A stretch of 64,000 bases of DNA from Octopus sinensis (lineage: Eukaryota). Location: positions 23,994,001 through 24,058,000 of the forward strand of contig NC_043004.1 of the NCBI RefSeq assembly GCF_006345805.1. Direction: 5' to 3'. Position 1 is the first letter of the stretch, and the number at the start of each line of letters is the position of its first letter. The notes below the pieces were generated by a model. It was given only the letters and a program-made list of their open reading frames with translations. It was not told where the DNA came from and searched no databases. A program made the position numbers and the translations under genes. Shown one piece after another: positions 39,886 to 53,385 of this stretch.

Positions 39886-40204
39886 GTGGAGGTGCAATGG
39901 TCCAGTGGTTAGGGCAGCGGACTCGCGGTCGGAGGATCGCGGTTTCGATTCCCAGACCGGGCGTTGTGAGTGTTTATTGAACGAAAACACCTAAGAGCTC
40001 TACGAGGCTTCGGCAGGGTGTGGTGGTGACCGCTGTTCTACTCTTTCGCCACTACTTTCTCTCACTCTCTCTTCCTGCTTCTTAAGTAACGCTGCAATGG
40101 ACTGGCGTCCCGTCCAGCTGGGAGGAACACATATGCCACAGAAACCGGGAAACCGGACCCATGAGCCTGGCAAGGCTTGAAAAGAGCGAAAGAAGTAAAG
40201 AGGA
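39886..40204 (+). mobile_element. tRNA-derived SINE, family D, with 13-bp target-site duplication
   Basis: A box tggtccagtgg, B box ggtttcgattccc; TSD aggaacttctttc at 39873-39885 and 40205-40217. Confidence 0.9.
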
Positions 40205-40770
40205 AGGAACTTCTTTCAAAATAGGTCTGTTTAAACTGGCATAAAATGAAAACAACTATACTCTTATCCGCCTATGTGTGTCTACAGCTAACATTTCTCT
40301 CATCTTTCCGTTTTCTCTATCTACTCTGTTTAAATCTCTTCATCTCTCTCTTTTCAGTTGCTTCACAACCAACACTAATTCAGTGGTCATTGAAGTGTGA
40401 AGATTGTTCCATCACTGTTTAGCAAGCGGAACTTAAACCAATAAATATTGCCTGCGAAATCTCAGTTTACACGTCCATTGAAATGTCTTCGCAGCCCATT
40501 GCTCGCTAGCATTTCGGTACGTGTGTCGTAAATGAATTCAGAATTCTGTATCAAAACTCACATGCATATACGTAACACACATGCAGCGATTTTTTAATTA
40601 CCAGGAGCCGTCACGTACGTACACATGCTCTAACATAGAAGCACGCTAAATACAGAAATACGCACGCACACATGTAACGTGCTTACATATATTACGAGCT
40701 GAAATTCATAGATATAGTTTATAATACTGAACAGCTTTCACTTTCAAACAAAACGCTGACAGCCTATTCT

Positions 40771-40827
<57 letters not shown>

Positions 40828-40852
40828 TTATATATATATATATATATATATC

Positions 40853-41071
40853 GACGTTGGGGAGACAAACACAGACACACAAACACATATATACATATAC
40901 ATATATACGGCGAGCTTCTTTCACTTTCGGTCTACCAAATCCACTCACAAGGCTTTGGTCAGCCCGATGCTATATTAGAAGACACTTGCCCAAGGTGCCA
41001 CGCAGTGGGACTGAACCCAGAACCATGTGGTTGGTAAGCATGCTACTTACCACATAGCCACTCCTGCACCT
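40853..41071 (-). mobile_element. SINE family B (5' half)
   Basis: Reverse complement of the family B head and body. Confidence 0.85.
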
Positions 41072-41250
41072 ATATATTTACATATATAAATATGTATATA
41101 CACACACACATATATAAACATCGATAAGTACGTATATACATATAAATATATACATATAAATATATACATAGATGTATATATACATGCATGCATATATATA
41201 TATATATATAAAACATATACATATATATATATATACATATATACACATAT

Positions 41251-41281
<31 letters not shown>

Positions 41282-41284
41282 CAT

Positions 41285-42199
41285 AGGAACGGCCATAATA
41301 GGCCATTCACCCACTAGAAATAGCAGCCAAAGCTTCAACCGCAAATAAAATTAATTCCGTAAACCAGGAGAAAATTTAAAAAACGTTTACCCTGTAATTT
41401 CTTATACGATGCACCGTTTCATCTGCTGTTTAATAGTAAACTAACCTGATTAAATTAAATCAAGCCAATCTTCCATAGGCCCTCAGATTCTTCAGTAAGA
41501 ATTTTCTCCTGGTTTTACGGAATTAATTTTTATTTGCGGTTGAAGCTTTGGCTGTTATTTCTAGTGGGTGAATGGCCTATTATGGCCGTTCCTTGATTGT
41601 TGATGTTGAACTTAAAATGGTCTTTGACTATTTAATTTTTTTCCCCACTAGGCCGCTGGTGGCAAAAAATTCTACAAATTTTTTTGCCACCCTATATTGA
41701 TTAATTATGAATTTTCTGGTTAATTCCGTAATGGAATCGACGGCTTATATTTATTTGCTGCCGATAAATTTGGCGCGAGTGCGATGATTTGAAAATTTTA
41801 GGTCAGATATTACCTTGGCAGGGTCGGAAATGCCTCGTGAAATATCTGTTCCGACTTGGCTATTTCTTACTGAAGAATCTGAGGGCCTATGGAAGATTGG
41901 CTTGATTTAATTTAATCAGGTTAGTTTACCATTAAACAGCAGATGAAACGATGCATCGTATAAGAAATTACAGGGTAAACGTTTTTTTAAATTTTCTCCT
42001 GGTTTACGGAATTAATTTTTTTGCGGTTGAAGCTTTGGCTGTTATTTCTAGTGGGTGAATGGCCTATTATGGCCGTTCCTTGATTGTTGATGTTGAACTT
42101 AAAAATGGTCTTTGACTATTTAATTTTTTCCCACTAGGCCGCTGGTGGCAAAAAAATTCTACAAAATTTTTTTTTTGCCACCCTATATTGATTAATTAT
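41285..42199. repeat. Complex inverted plus direct duplication
   Basis: 41285-41501 is the reverse complement of 41864-42080; 41500-41708 is a direct copy of 41990-42199. Confidence 0.9.
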
Positions 42200-42207
42200 A
42201 TATATAC

Positions 42208-42240
<33 letters not shown>

Positions 42241-42531
42241 AATACGTACATAAGATATATATATATACATATATATATGCATATATATACATATATATCC
42301 ATATATATATGTACATATTTCGAAAGTCCTTTTACAGGCATTGGCTACTGAATGCTATCATGCAGCAGGACCTATCCCGTCATAGAATATACATGTGGAC
42401 ATTCGTAAATATCCGTTCTGTTGATGCCAAAAATATTAAGAAGGGAAGATTAATTGCACCATCATTTTTTATTAATATTACTCACGCACACAGAAATATA
42501 TGAATATTATGTGTGTGTAGATGTGCATACA

Positions 42532-42573
<42 letters not shown>

Positions 42574-43048
42574 TATACATACACATGCATATACAGGCAC
42601 ATTAATAATGTCTTGTTTTCAAAATTGATATCAGCCATCACTGTATATTATAGACAGATGTTAAGACCTTGTTGGTATATGTATACATGCGTGTGTATAT
42701 GCAGTTATCTATGTATATGCATATGTCTTTGTGTTTGTGCACTCATGTGTGTGTGTGTTAGCATACGTCTATGTTTATGCACATATGTATGTAAAAGCGT
42801 GAATTTTCACGTAGTTGAAGTTAACTACGCAAATATGAATTTAAATGATAATTATCTAACTACGCACCAGCGTGTAATGGACTGAGATGATGTTTTATTG
42901 ATGCATGTAGTTTTAAGAGCATATGAACTGAGATTTCACAGAGAGATCGTGTTTATTGGCTTAAGTTCCATTGACTGAACAGTGATGAAACAGACTTCAC
43001 ATATCAACAACCACAGAAGCAGTGTTGGCTGTTATGCAGCTGTGAAAT

Positions 43049-43098
<50 letters not shown>

Positions 43099-44197
43099 CA
43101 CACAGAGCTCAAAGTGAGGGAAAAGCCAGAAAGGGAGAGAAGGAAGGGAATAGTAAAGGACTAGATATTCAAAGAGGGAAATAGGAGCTTACTTGTTATT
43201 TTGTCACAAGTTATTCCAAAACCAATCCATGATCAGAAACGTTCATTCTCTAACCGTCTTGTTGTTATTTTTCCACACAAATTTTATCTCACACAAACAG
43301 ATGAACGGCATATTGAATTATATACACCAGTATGCTTTACATCCGTTTCGAGTTGTTAAGTCTGCTATATCTAACTAGACGAGGAAGTCTTTTTATGTGC
43401 AATTGATAGACCGATTAGTGAATGGTTCGATGAAGTTTTTTTTATATTTTCAATGTCAAATTCTATTACATGATGTACGTTATGGACACGTCTACGGGTA
43501 TAGGCATTTTTGTTTTTATGTTTTTTTCTATGATCTTAGAAGCATTTCATGTTGTATTCATGGGATCATTGATTCCATGCGATTTGCCTAGCATCCATCT
43601 TCAGAGACTATCTTTAACACCAAACGAGGGCAAACCATATCTTGTAAATGCAGTTTGTTAGACGCATAGAGGTGAGAAAATTCATTGGATGGTCTGAAAT
43701 GGTTAGTGGAAAGGCCAGCCAAAAGCAACTGCTGTTGATTCTGCCCGATAATTACGCTAAGGGTATCATCGGATATTAATTCAGTTAAACAAAGACTTAG
43801 ATTTTTCGTTGTCAAAAACTGAGGAGTATGTATATATATATTATATATATATATATATATGTATATATGCGTGTGTGTGTGTGTATACATGTATTTCTCT
43901 TACAAATAAAAATGCATTCAAATACGGATTGTAATACTGATTTATACATAGGAAAACATGTATAGAGACATATATACACACACATGCATACGTGCATGTT
44001 CCCATATATATATATATACTTGTTTAAACCTGCGTTAACTCCATTTTTTATTCATATTATTCAAATATTCAATGTAAATACGAAGTTTCAACCTTTATAA
44101 ACAAGGAGTTACAACATCTTTACTTGTGAGATTTTTGCTGCCCTGGTAACTATTCATTCTTTTATCCGTGTTAATTGTTAACAAGGTAAAATACTCA

Positions 44198-44250
<53 letters not shown>

Positions 44251-44277
44251 CTTTATTTTAAGCAGCAGAAAATTCAA

Positions 44278-44327
44278 CAAAATCTGTTACTCTGAGTTTC
44301 TCGTTGCCGTTCATCAGACAGTTTTTG
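44278..44327 (-). ncRNA. Orphan hammerhead-like motif
   Basis: CAAAA A CTGT CTGATGA A CG GCAA CG A GAA ACTC A GAGT A ACAG A TTTTG; CUGAUGA and GAAA intact, GUA site, helix I of 4+5 bp, A10.1/A11.1 mismatch. Confidence 0.5.
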
Positions 44328-44493
44328 CTAGAATGGAGCATATATATATTCAATCTATACTCTTACAACGCTACACCTTTAAAAGAAATGGACTTGTTGA
44401 TTGGCCCTTTAGAAAAAACGGTCAATCTTCGAGTCGTATAAACTCTTTTTTCCACCTTGTTTCACATTTATGTGTTTACTCCGGTATATATAT

Positions 44494-44546
<53 letters not shown>

Positions 44547-44572
44547 AAATGTGTGTGTATGAACGTCTATGC

Positions 44573-44617
<45 letters not shown>

Positions 44618-45687
44618 GTGCGAAATCATATATATTTCATGGACTGGGTAAATGGTGGAAACCAATTTTAAGTGATACATAACGGAGTACATATCTGACG
44701 TAATATGTACTGTTTAAAAATAAATGTGATATTTTAATATAATCTAAAGATGGCCATATATTTTAGTATATACGACCTTTTTACTAGATTCAGTTATTAG
44801 TATGAGTGAACGAATTTACAGCTGTCATGTCTGTATATGTGCTTTGCAACAGTAGATAGAAATGGCGGCGTAGGGGATATCAGCGGAAGAAGAACTGTAA
44901 TATCTCGGAGGTCAAGAAATTATAATTTGATTGAAAGGAAACTATTAGAGAAAAACAAAACAAGTAAAGTTGATTTATAATTCAAAATTTAGAGAAAGTC
45001 ATATTCCAACGAATTTTAGTTAAAAATATCAGTTTGCTATACCCCCATGAAGGATATATTTGACATGTAATGAGAATGTCGAAATCATTTACGCACGTAT
45101 TTTCACTAATTGACAAGATGCCACTATAACAAAATAATGAAAATAATACATACTACTACTACTACTACTACTATACTACTCTACTACTACTACTACTACT
45201 ATACTACTGCTTGCTGCTGGCTGCTGCTACTATTACTACTACTACTAATACTTACGACTAATAATAATATGATAATAACTAATATATAATAATAATAATA
45301 ATAAAATATTTACTATTATTATTATTATATCAGGAATTGACTGGACAATCCATCAGAACTATGTGGTGTGACTTGGTTTGCATATTATAGATATATATAT
45401 ATATATATATTTATTAATTTGCATGTACGGCTGATAATTCGCTTCCACTTGTGGTATTTAATAATACCATCCTATATATATATATATGTGTGTATGTGGG
45501 TGTGTGTGTGTGTGCGTGTCTGTGTGCGTTGTATTGTGTGTGTATATTATATATTATACATATATATATATATATATAGAAGTATATATATGTTTGTCCA
45601 TATTGTCATGTTTAATTAATTTTTATCTTATTAAGTTATTATTTTTAATATTAATATTATTGTTGCTGTTATTGTTACGAAATTCTA

Positions 45688-45747
<60 letters not shown>

Positions 45748-46403
45748 TTATTATTTACATTTGTTCATTTCGCTCGGGCCTCGTTCGTGATTAAAATTAA
45801 TGTTTCTAAAAATTGATTTCCCTAATGCTTCAACTAATCAACTTAAAAGCTGAAATGAAAGAAATTCGTGAGAGTGAAAAACAACGAAATATTCATTCTA
45901 CGACTTCATTGCTAACAAAAATTATTCTCTCCAAACATAGAAGTAAAATATATGCTCTTATATTTCACAAACTGCCAATAATTTTCACCTATAAGTAAAT
46001 GTCTCCTAGAAAGCTTTTAATGATTTAAAGATGGCTGCTTTCTATTTAAATTAATGTAATGCAAAATTAAAAACCAAATATATTAAGATAAATGTCTAAC
46101 AAGAAGAATCTAATTGGAACTGAGATAGCGTTGCCGGCTTTACAGTAGACAGCGTAATTTGATAAGAGATTTGTTAGGTTTAACTTTTAAATCGATATAT
46201 TATTTAGGCCCGTCTGCTTAGTTGTTGAAATAATACTTACATTATAGAAATAACTCCATGCATATTCGAGTGTCGCGAAAGGCTTGGTTTCAGACCCAAC
46301 CTTCGGAGTTTCTTTTACAATGCTTACAAAAACTGGAACTGATCCTCCAATATTTTCTTTTACGCAAACCCAGGAACTTTTTAGCACCACATTTTATGAT
46401 TGG

Positions 46404-46458
<55 letters not shown>

Positions 46459-46494
46459 AATATATATATATATAGATATATATAAATATATTAT

Positions 46495-46543
<49 letters not shown>

Positions 46544-47882
46544 TATATACATATATATATATAGCCATGCTTCTTTTAATTTCCGTCCACGAAATCCAAT
46601 GAAAAGGTCATGATCGGCCAAAGGCTACTGGGAATTGAACCGTAAGACGTGTTGAGAGTAAAATTCTTAATCACATAGCAACGCCTGCTTTTCTGTTGGT
46701 GGGTATTAAGATGTTGGAGTGCGATACGAGGGACATTACACTGCTACATCAAGGAGCTCGACTAACCACGTAAAGATTCTTTCATTAACCAGTTACGATT
46801 GGGTACCTGGCATCTATTCTGTAGTGAGCATCCTGACAAGCGAAACAAAATAATGGTTGACTTTTAAAAAAAATATTTTCCTTATCAAATATACTGAATC
46901 GGAATTGAAAGGTCGTAGAAAACATTCACATAGACATAGTAATACCGTCACTGAAGCTTTTAGGTGTGACTGTCAAAACGAAACTTGATATGATAGCCGT
47001 AAAAAACAATAGAATATCGATCATATTTAAACACCGGAGAAAAAATGATAAGGGTCAAACCCCATCTTATTTCAGACCCGGTGGAATCAATTATCCTCTC
47101 ATACTTGGGATATATTGAAACCTTATTTCTTCTCCTTTAGACTAATAGTTTTGAAGGTGAACGGTTTAATCAAGGGGTACTGAACCATAGTCACGAGCAA
47201 CCTGAGGCCCGTCTAAGGAATGGCCCGCTTAAAGAAAAACTAATCAATGTCATATGTGGCCCACTTCTCGAAAGAGGTGTCCATGCCTGCTTTATGTACG
47301 TCTTTGCTCGCTCAATTTGAAACAGCAGCTAACTCACTCTCAAACTACATACTATTATTGCATTGGAGAACTATGGTATATTCTCTAAAGTACTCTATCC
47401 AGCTTACACTATTTCTAAAGAAAAGAGTGAGGTGGTCGCGTGAAGAGTTTCTGAGACCTTAGGTTCTCTTAAAATAGTTTGACTTAGGGTTTGTGACTAA
47501 ATATCGACAAGAACATCAACTGATATAATGCTCTATATAATTATTAATACATTCTGAAATACATTTGTGAGGTATTAGCAATAAATTAACTGGATTGGTG
47601 GTTGTGAAATGAACAAATTACATTTTAGTTGTATGCGTTTGTTACGAAAATTAGCTAATTAATAATTTCTCGTAAATAACGAACTGAATAATTTCCTAGA
47701 TTTAAGAAAGGAGCATTCAAGTCGATGTCTTGTTTCCTTTAATCCTTTGATGGCTACTCACAGCCTGTTTCAGGAATCGAACACGCTGCCTCATGTTTGT
47801 GAACCCGACATTCAGAACACTGAGCCATACGCCTGAACGCTGGTATATTTTGTATATATATATATATATATATATAAATTAA

Positions 47883-48055
47883 TGAACACGAAAAGTGGAC
47901 AGTCAGCATGCTAGATATAGACGTCAAATCGCCATTCACCACAAAAGATTATGTTCTCAGATCAAACTGAGTTTGATCTGAGAACATAATCTTTTGTGGT
48001 GAATGGCGATTTGACGTCTATATCTAGCATGTTGACTGTCCACTTTTCGTGTTCA
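47883..48055. repeat. Near-perfect 173-bp palindrome (86-bp arms, 1-nt centre)
   Basis: Centre ...tcagatcaaact G agtttgatctga...; a single G/A mismatch between arms. Confidence 0.95.
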
Positions 48056-48152
48056 GTCCTTAATTGGTATATATAAATATTTTAATCTTCGGATTCTTTT
48101 TTAATATGCTTGACCACTGGTCTTAATTGATAAATATCAATTTCTACCCTTA

Positions 48153-48261
<109 letters not shown>

Positions 48262-48269
48262 CTATACCC

Positions 48270-48673
48270 TTTACTCTTTACTCTTTTACTTGCTTCAGTC
48301 ATTTCACTGTGGCCAATCTGGAGCACCGCCTATAGTCGAGCAAATCGACCCCAGGACTTATTTTTTTGTAAGCCTAGTACTTATTCTATCGGGCTCTTAT
48401 GCCGAACCGCTAAGTTACGGGGACGTAAACAAACCAGCATCGATTGTCAAGCGATGTTAGGGGGGACAAACACAGACACACAAACACACACACATACATA
48501 TACATATATACGACGGGCTTCTTTCAGTTTCCATCTACCAAATCCACTCACAAGTCTTTGGTCGGCCCGAGGCTATAGTAGAAGACACTTGCCCAAGGTA
48601 CCACGCAGTGGGACTGAACCCGGAACCACGTGATTCGTAAGCAAGCTACTTACCACACAGCCACTCCTACGCC
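48270..48673 (-). mobile_element. SINE family B, near full length
   Basis: Collinear with the 27281 copy. Confidence 0.9.
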
Positions 48674-49603
48674 TATGTGTGTGTGTACATATTTTAATGT
48701 TACTAAAATAGACGAATAGCCAGGAATTAAGAGAATTGTAGGCAATTAAATCGATCCTATACTTGGTTGATACTTTGTTTATCGACCGTGTAGAACGAAA
48801 TCCAATGTTGACTTTGGTGAGAGTTGAAACAAGTCAGAGCTAAAACATCTGGCTATATCGCCACAAGCCATCTGGTCTGCCGTTTTAACGATCTCTACGA
48901 ACCCATATAATTGAGTTCGCTGAATTTATTGAACATTAAATATAAACGTGTTCTTCATAACACGATAAATGTTACAAATGTGATCGATAACAAATAGAAG
49001 TTTAATAAGTTATTGATGAGGTATTGACTCTTCATTAATAATATGTCTCACAGAGAGTGGGTGTTGTCTTATTGTGACCGTATGCACCATATAATAATAC
49101 TTGTAATCGATTCGCGATCATATAATTTATAATCCGTCCTCTAGGCATGTATCACTTTGATTTCAGAAAAAGTATGGCAGGTGATAAAAGTAGTTTTAGC
49201 ACAAGCTAAATCAGTCTGGCAATACATATGCATATGCAATCATGTGTGTGTGTGTGTATGTATGTATATACATATATATATATATACATGCATATGTGCG
49301 TATATTTCTATGTATATATGTACACATATACAAACATAAATATGCATATATACATACATATGTGTGTGTGTGTGTGTGCATGTATGTATTTATCTGTGCA
49401 TGTATGTATTTATATGCAGATTGTTTCAAGCGAGTTGCAACGAATAAGAAAGAACGTGCTCGATATCTGGTGCAAAGTGTAATTCTCCTTCATGTGTCGG
49501 CATCAGAAAACATCGAATTCACGGCTTTTACAAAACAGGAAAGTTACATTCACTGCCAAACCACATACATATGCACGAAAACACAGACAGACAGGCACAC
49601 GCA

Positions 49604-49646
<43 letters not shown>

Positions 49647-49972
49647 ACACACTCTCTCTCGCACAAACACAGATGCACACACACACACGGGCACACAACA
49701 TTGTTTTTAAATTAGGGAAAAACCACCATTTTTAGGTGAAGGGTTATAGCAGATTAGAACTACCACAGCACTTCACTGGTTCTGTTTTTCATCTATCCCG
49801 GAAGTGGGAAAAATATAATTGATCGCAGCCTGATTTGATCTAAGACTGTCACAACCAAAGCAAATACCGAAAAGCATTTCCTCCGACGCTCTAACGATTA
49901 TGACAGTCATCTGCATTCAATATATACCTACATATATATCTATATTTATCTATCTGTCCACCTATCTATCTG

Positions 49973-50014
<42 letters not shown>

Positions 50015-50067
50015 GATATATATATACATACATGTATATATATATATGCCCACAGACACACGCACAA

Positions 50068-50099
<32 letters not shown>

Positions 50100-50114
50100 G
50101 TGTGTGTGTGTATA

Positions 50115-50179
<65 letters not shown>

Positions 50180-50184
50180 GTGTA

Positions 50185-50263
<79 letters not shown>

Positions 50264-51039
50264 GGTTTTGTGTGTGTATGTATGGATGTATTATGAAATA
50301 GAGGGTATGGATAGCTATGAATGTATAATAGCTCTCTTGCCATGCGTGAATGATTTTTATCAGGCATGGAAGCAATATCATTTGGAAAGCCAATATGCTG
50401 TGAAGGTAGCATTCTAAAACAACTTTGATCTTCTTGACGGTTGGGAAAGAATCATAGATTTTGCAATATCCTATATAAATAGCAATTTTCTCCTATTATA
50501 CATTATCAATAACTTATGCCACTCTTTTAATATATGATTTATATATTTATTTTTATTAAATTCTATTCAATATGAATACATGGCGGGAAATGACCAAACC
50601 TGTACTTCCATCATACACTGCGGTTTTGTAATTATTTCAATCTATAATAATTTCAGTTTCAATCAAGCAGCTAGATTAATTTTTCCTGTGTGCTTATCCT
50701 GTCTTTTTCATTTTGCAAATTAGAATCTGATATGAAACACTTGACGAGCAGACTGGTTTCTACGTAATAAAAGTGGTAACATATATTTTATGTGTCGTAA
50801 AGTTTGTGAGAATCTAAAAGCTTTGCAAATGAGTTCCTGTTAGAAGATTAAATTTGGGGAATGTTACGACGCAAGGACAGACGCTTTGATCCTGTGGAAA
50901 AGGAATAAGCTAATATATCGAGGAAAACAACAATGAGAAAAAATATTAATAATAATTCTTTCTTATTAATAATAATAATGGCGGTGCCCCAGCATGGCCA
51001 CAGCTCATAAGCTGAAACTAGAATCAATCAATCTACTGG

Positions 51040-51219
51040 TAGGGCCGATACTCGATTACATACATCCCAGCAATCAACTGCTACTTAATTCATTGCTCCC
51101 AAAGAATGAAAGGAAAACCCATCCGCTGCGCATTTTTAACCAAGGGCGTAAGGAATTCGAAAAAAATGCCGCTAAATATTATCATCCAACGCACTAACGA
51201 TTCTGCTAGCTTGCCGCCT
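51040..51219 (-). mobile_element. SINE family A, decayed
   Basis: atgccgctaaatatt...gcactaacgattctgctagcttgccgcc is the reverse complement of the family A head. Confidence 0.65.
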
Positions 51220-52360
51220 TAATTATTTAATATAATAATCCTATTTATTTTTTGCTACTAAAGGTACAATGACCTGACATTTTAGCTGGAGAGACCAGTC
51301 GATTGCATCGACTTCAGTACACTACTAGTACATATTTTATCGACTCCGAAAGGATAAAAGGCCAAGTCACCTCCGGAGGATTTTGAACTCTAAAAGTAGA
51401 ACCGGAAGAATTAGCACCTATGTAGTTTGTCCTACTCAGAAAAAAAAAAAACACTTTCTACTATAGGCACAAGGCCTGAAGGATAATAAAAAAACAATGG
51501 TGTCTGATTCAGGTCTAAGTCCGGCAATTTTGATAGGAATAGAAGTACTCGATATCATGAACACCATCATTTGAACAATACTTTAGCTTATCTAGTTGGA
51601 AAAATGAAAGGCAAAGGTTATCCGTTGCGATTCGAACCGAGAACCTAAAGAAGCAAAGCATTTACCCCGCGATTCTAACGATTCTTCCAATTCACAGGCA
51701 CGATATTTAGAAGAGAAAATTTTAAAGATTTTATCAACTCCTGTACATCCAAGAAGGAATGACAAATTCTACGCCGATGGGACTTGAGCATGGAACAGAA
51801 GCAGGTATGAGTAAACTAGCATTAATAATTTCAGGAAGGATTCAAAAAGATTTTATCCTTTTTTCATCAGGGAAAGATAAGATGCGAACATTTAGTGGAG
51901 AAGAGAGAAGCAATTAGTTAACAGACAGCATTATAATGTAACAGCAAGCGGTGAAATGGCGAAATTAGTAAAGCGTATATCTTCATAATTATTTCCCTTT
52001 AGTCAATAGGTTGGTTTTCATATATGAATTCATGTATCACAAAGGGAGAGTGTATTTTACTATCAAGGGATTGATCTCAGCGACCGTCCTCAGACGCTGT
52101 AGCCTATAATTCATTTTAGGAAGTATTAAACTTTAAGGAACAAATGATCTGAAATAATGAATTGCTGGACAATACCAAGCGTAATGCTTTTCATCCCTTA
52201 ACAATCCTTGGTTTGAGACCAGGTGCAATAAATATTAACATTCACCCTGCCATAATTTGTCAGAAATATTGGTAATATATTGTTCCAACTTGGCTCTTTA
52301 CAGAAGTAAGAGCAGCACACAGCTTCTTTTGTACAGTGATGTTCGATGGAGTGTAATGTC

Positions 52361-52420
52361 CAGTCAGGTCCAGCCACGCCCAGCCATGTCCAGCCATCTT
52401 CAGCCATGGCCAGCCACGTC
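52361..52420. repeat. GC-rich 10-bp tandem array, 6 units (CAGCCAYGNC)
   Basis: cagtcaggtc cagccacgcc cagccatgtc cagccatctt cagccatggc cagccacgtc. Confidence 0.85.
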
Positions 52421-52702
52421 GAACAGACATATTCTGAAACGGACTTCAGCGGATATCCACTCAGGTTTTCGTAAAATGTACATGTATTACCTAAACAGCA
52501 ATCTCCTTATAACTCATAAGAAGAGATTGCTATTCATATAACATTTTGCTACTGTATGTATTGTATATATTTCTTACGTGACATGGAAACTAAGTTGCCA
52601 GTATGAAAACATTTCATTGCGTTCTGCACCTTTACTATGAGATGGCTTTATGTCTCTCGCGAAATTCCTTTAAACTGCATCTATAAAAATATAAAGAGTA
52701 TA

Positions 52703-52755
<53 letters not shown>

Positions 52756-53281
52756 GTGTATCAATGTACGTGTATATAGGTAGGCAAGTAAGCATGTCTG
52801 CTCATATAACGGTTATAAAATCACATTCCAGTATACAGATTATGTTTTATGAGAACTTTTACATTTTATGACTAACATTTTCATGTAACCAATGCAATAG
52901 AATGAATCGATGTGAGCACGAGTTAGAATTCATGTTAGAGAGAATCGTATACGTTCATAAATGTAAATTAAAATATTACATACACATGAGCACAGCCACA
53001 TATTGAGGTTATAAGGATTCCTAAACTTACGAGAGAATTCGCTTTTAAAACAGTGGACGTCGAAGCACATCAAAATAGCATGTAAATACTCGGTTAAGAA
53101 AGCTGCTCGTGGACCAGGAAATATTGGTTTGTATACAAACAGCCTTTGATTATACTGTCCAACAGTGTTTTTCAAAGCAATATTTATTTATTTACAGCTT
53201 TTTGCCTGCGCTTCGAGATCCACTGCTCACAATAAGAAACATATGTGAGTATGTATGCATGTATGCATTTCTATATATGTA

Positions 53282-53385
<104 letters not shown>

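Noticed and set aside
39886-39965. tRNA gene
   Set aside because: A and B boxes are present but there is no acceptor stem; it continues into a SINE body with a TSD.
44870-44882. AAATGGCGGCG start-codon/YY1-like motif
   Set aside because: It reads MAA then stop, matches YY1 imperfectly and has no CpG-rich context.
47190-47290. hAT-type MITE remnant (ggcccg motifs, ...ggtgtccatgcctg end)
   Set aside because: The left TIR is too degenerate and no 8-bp TSD is visible.
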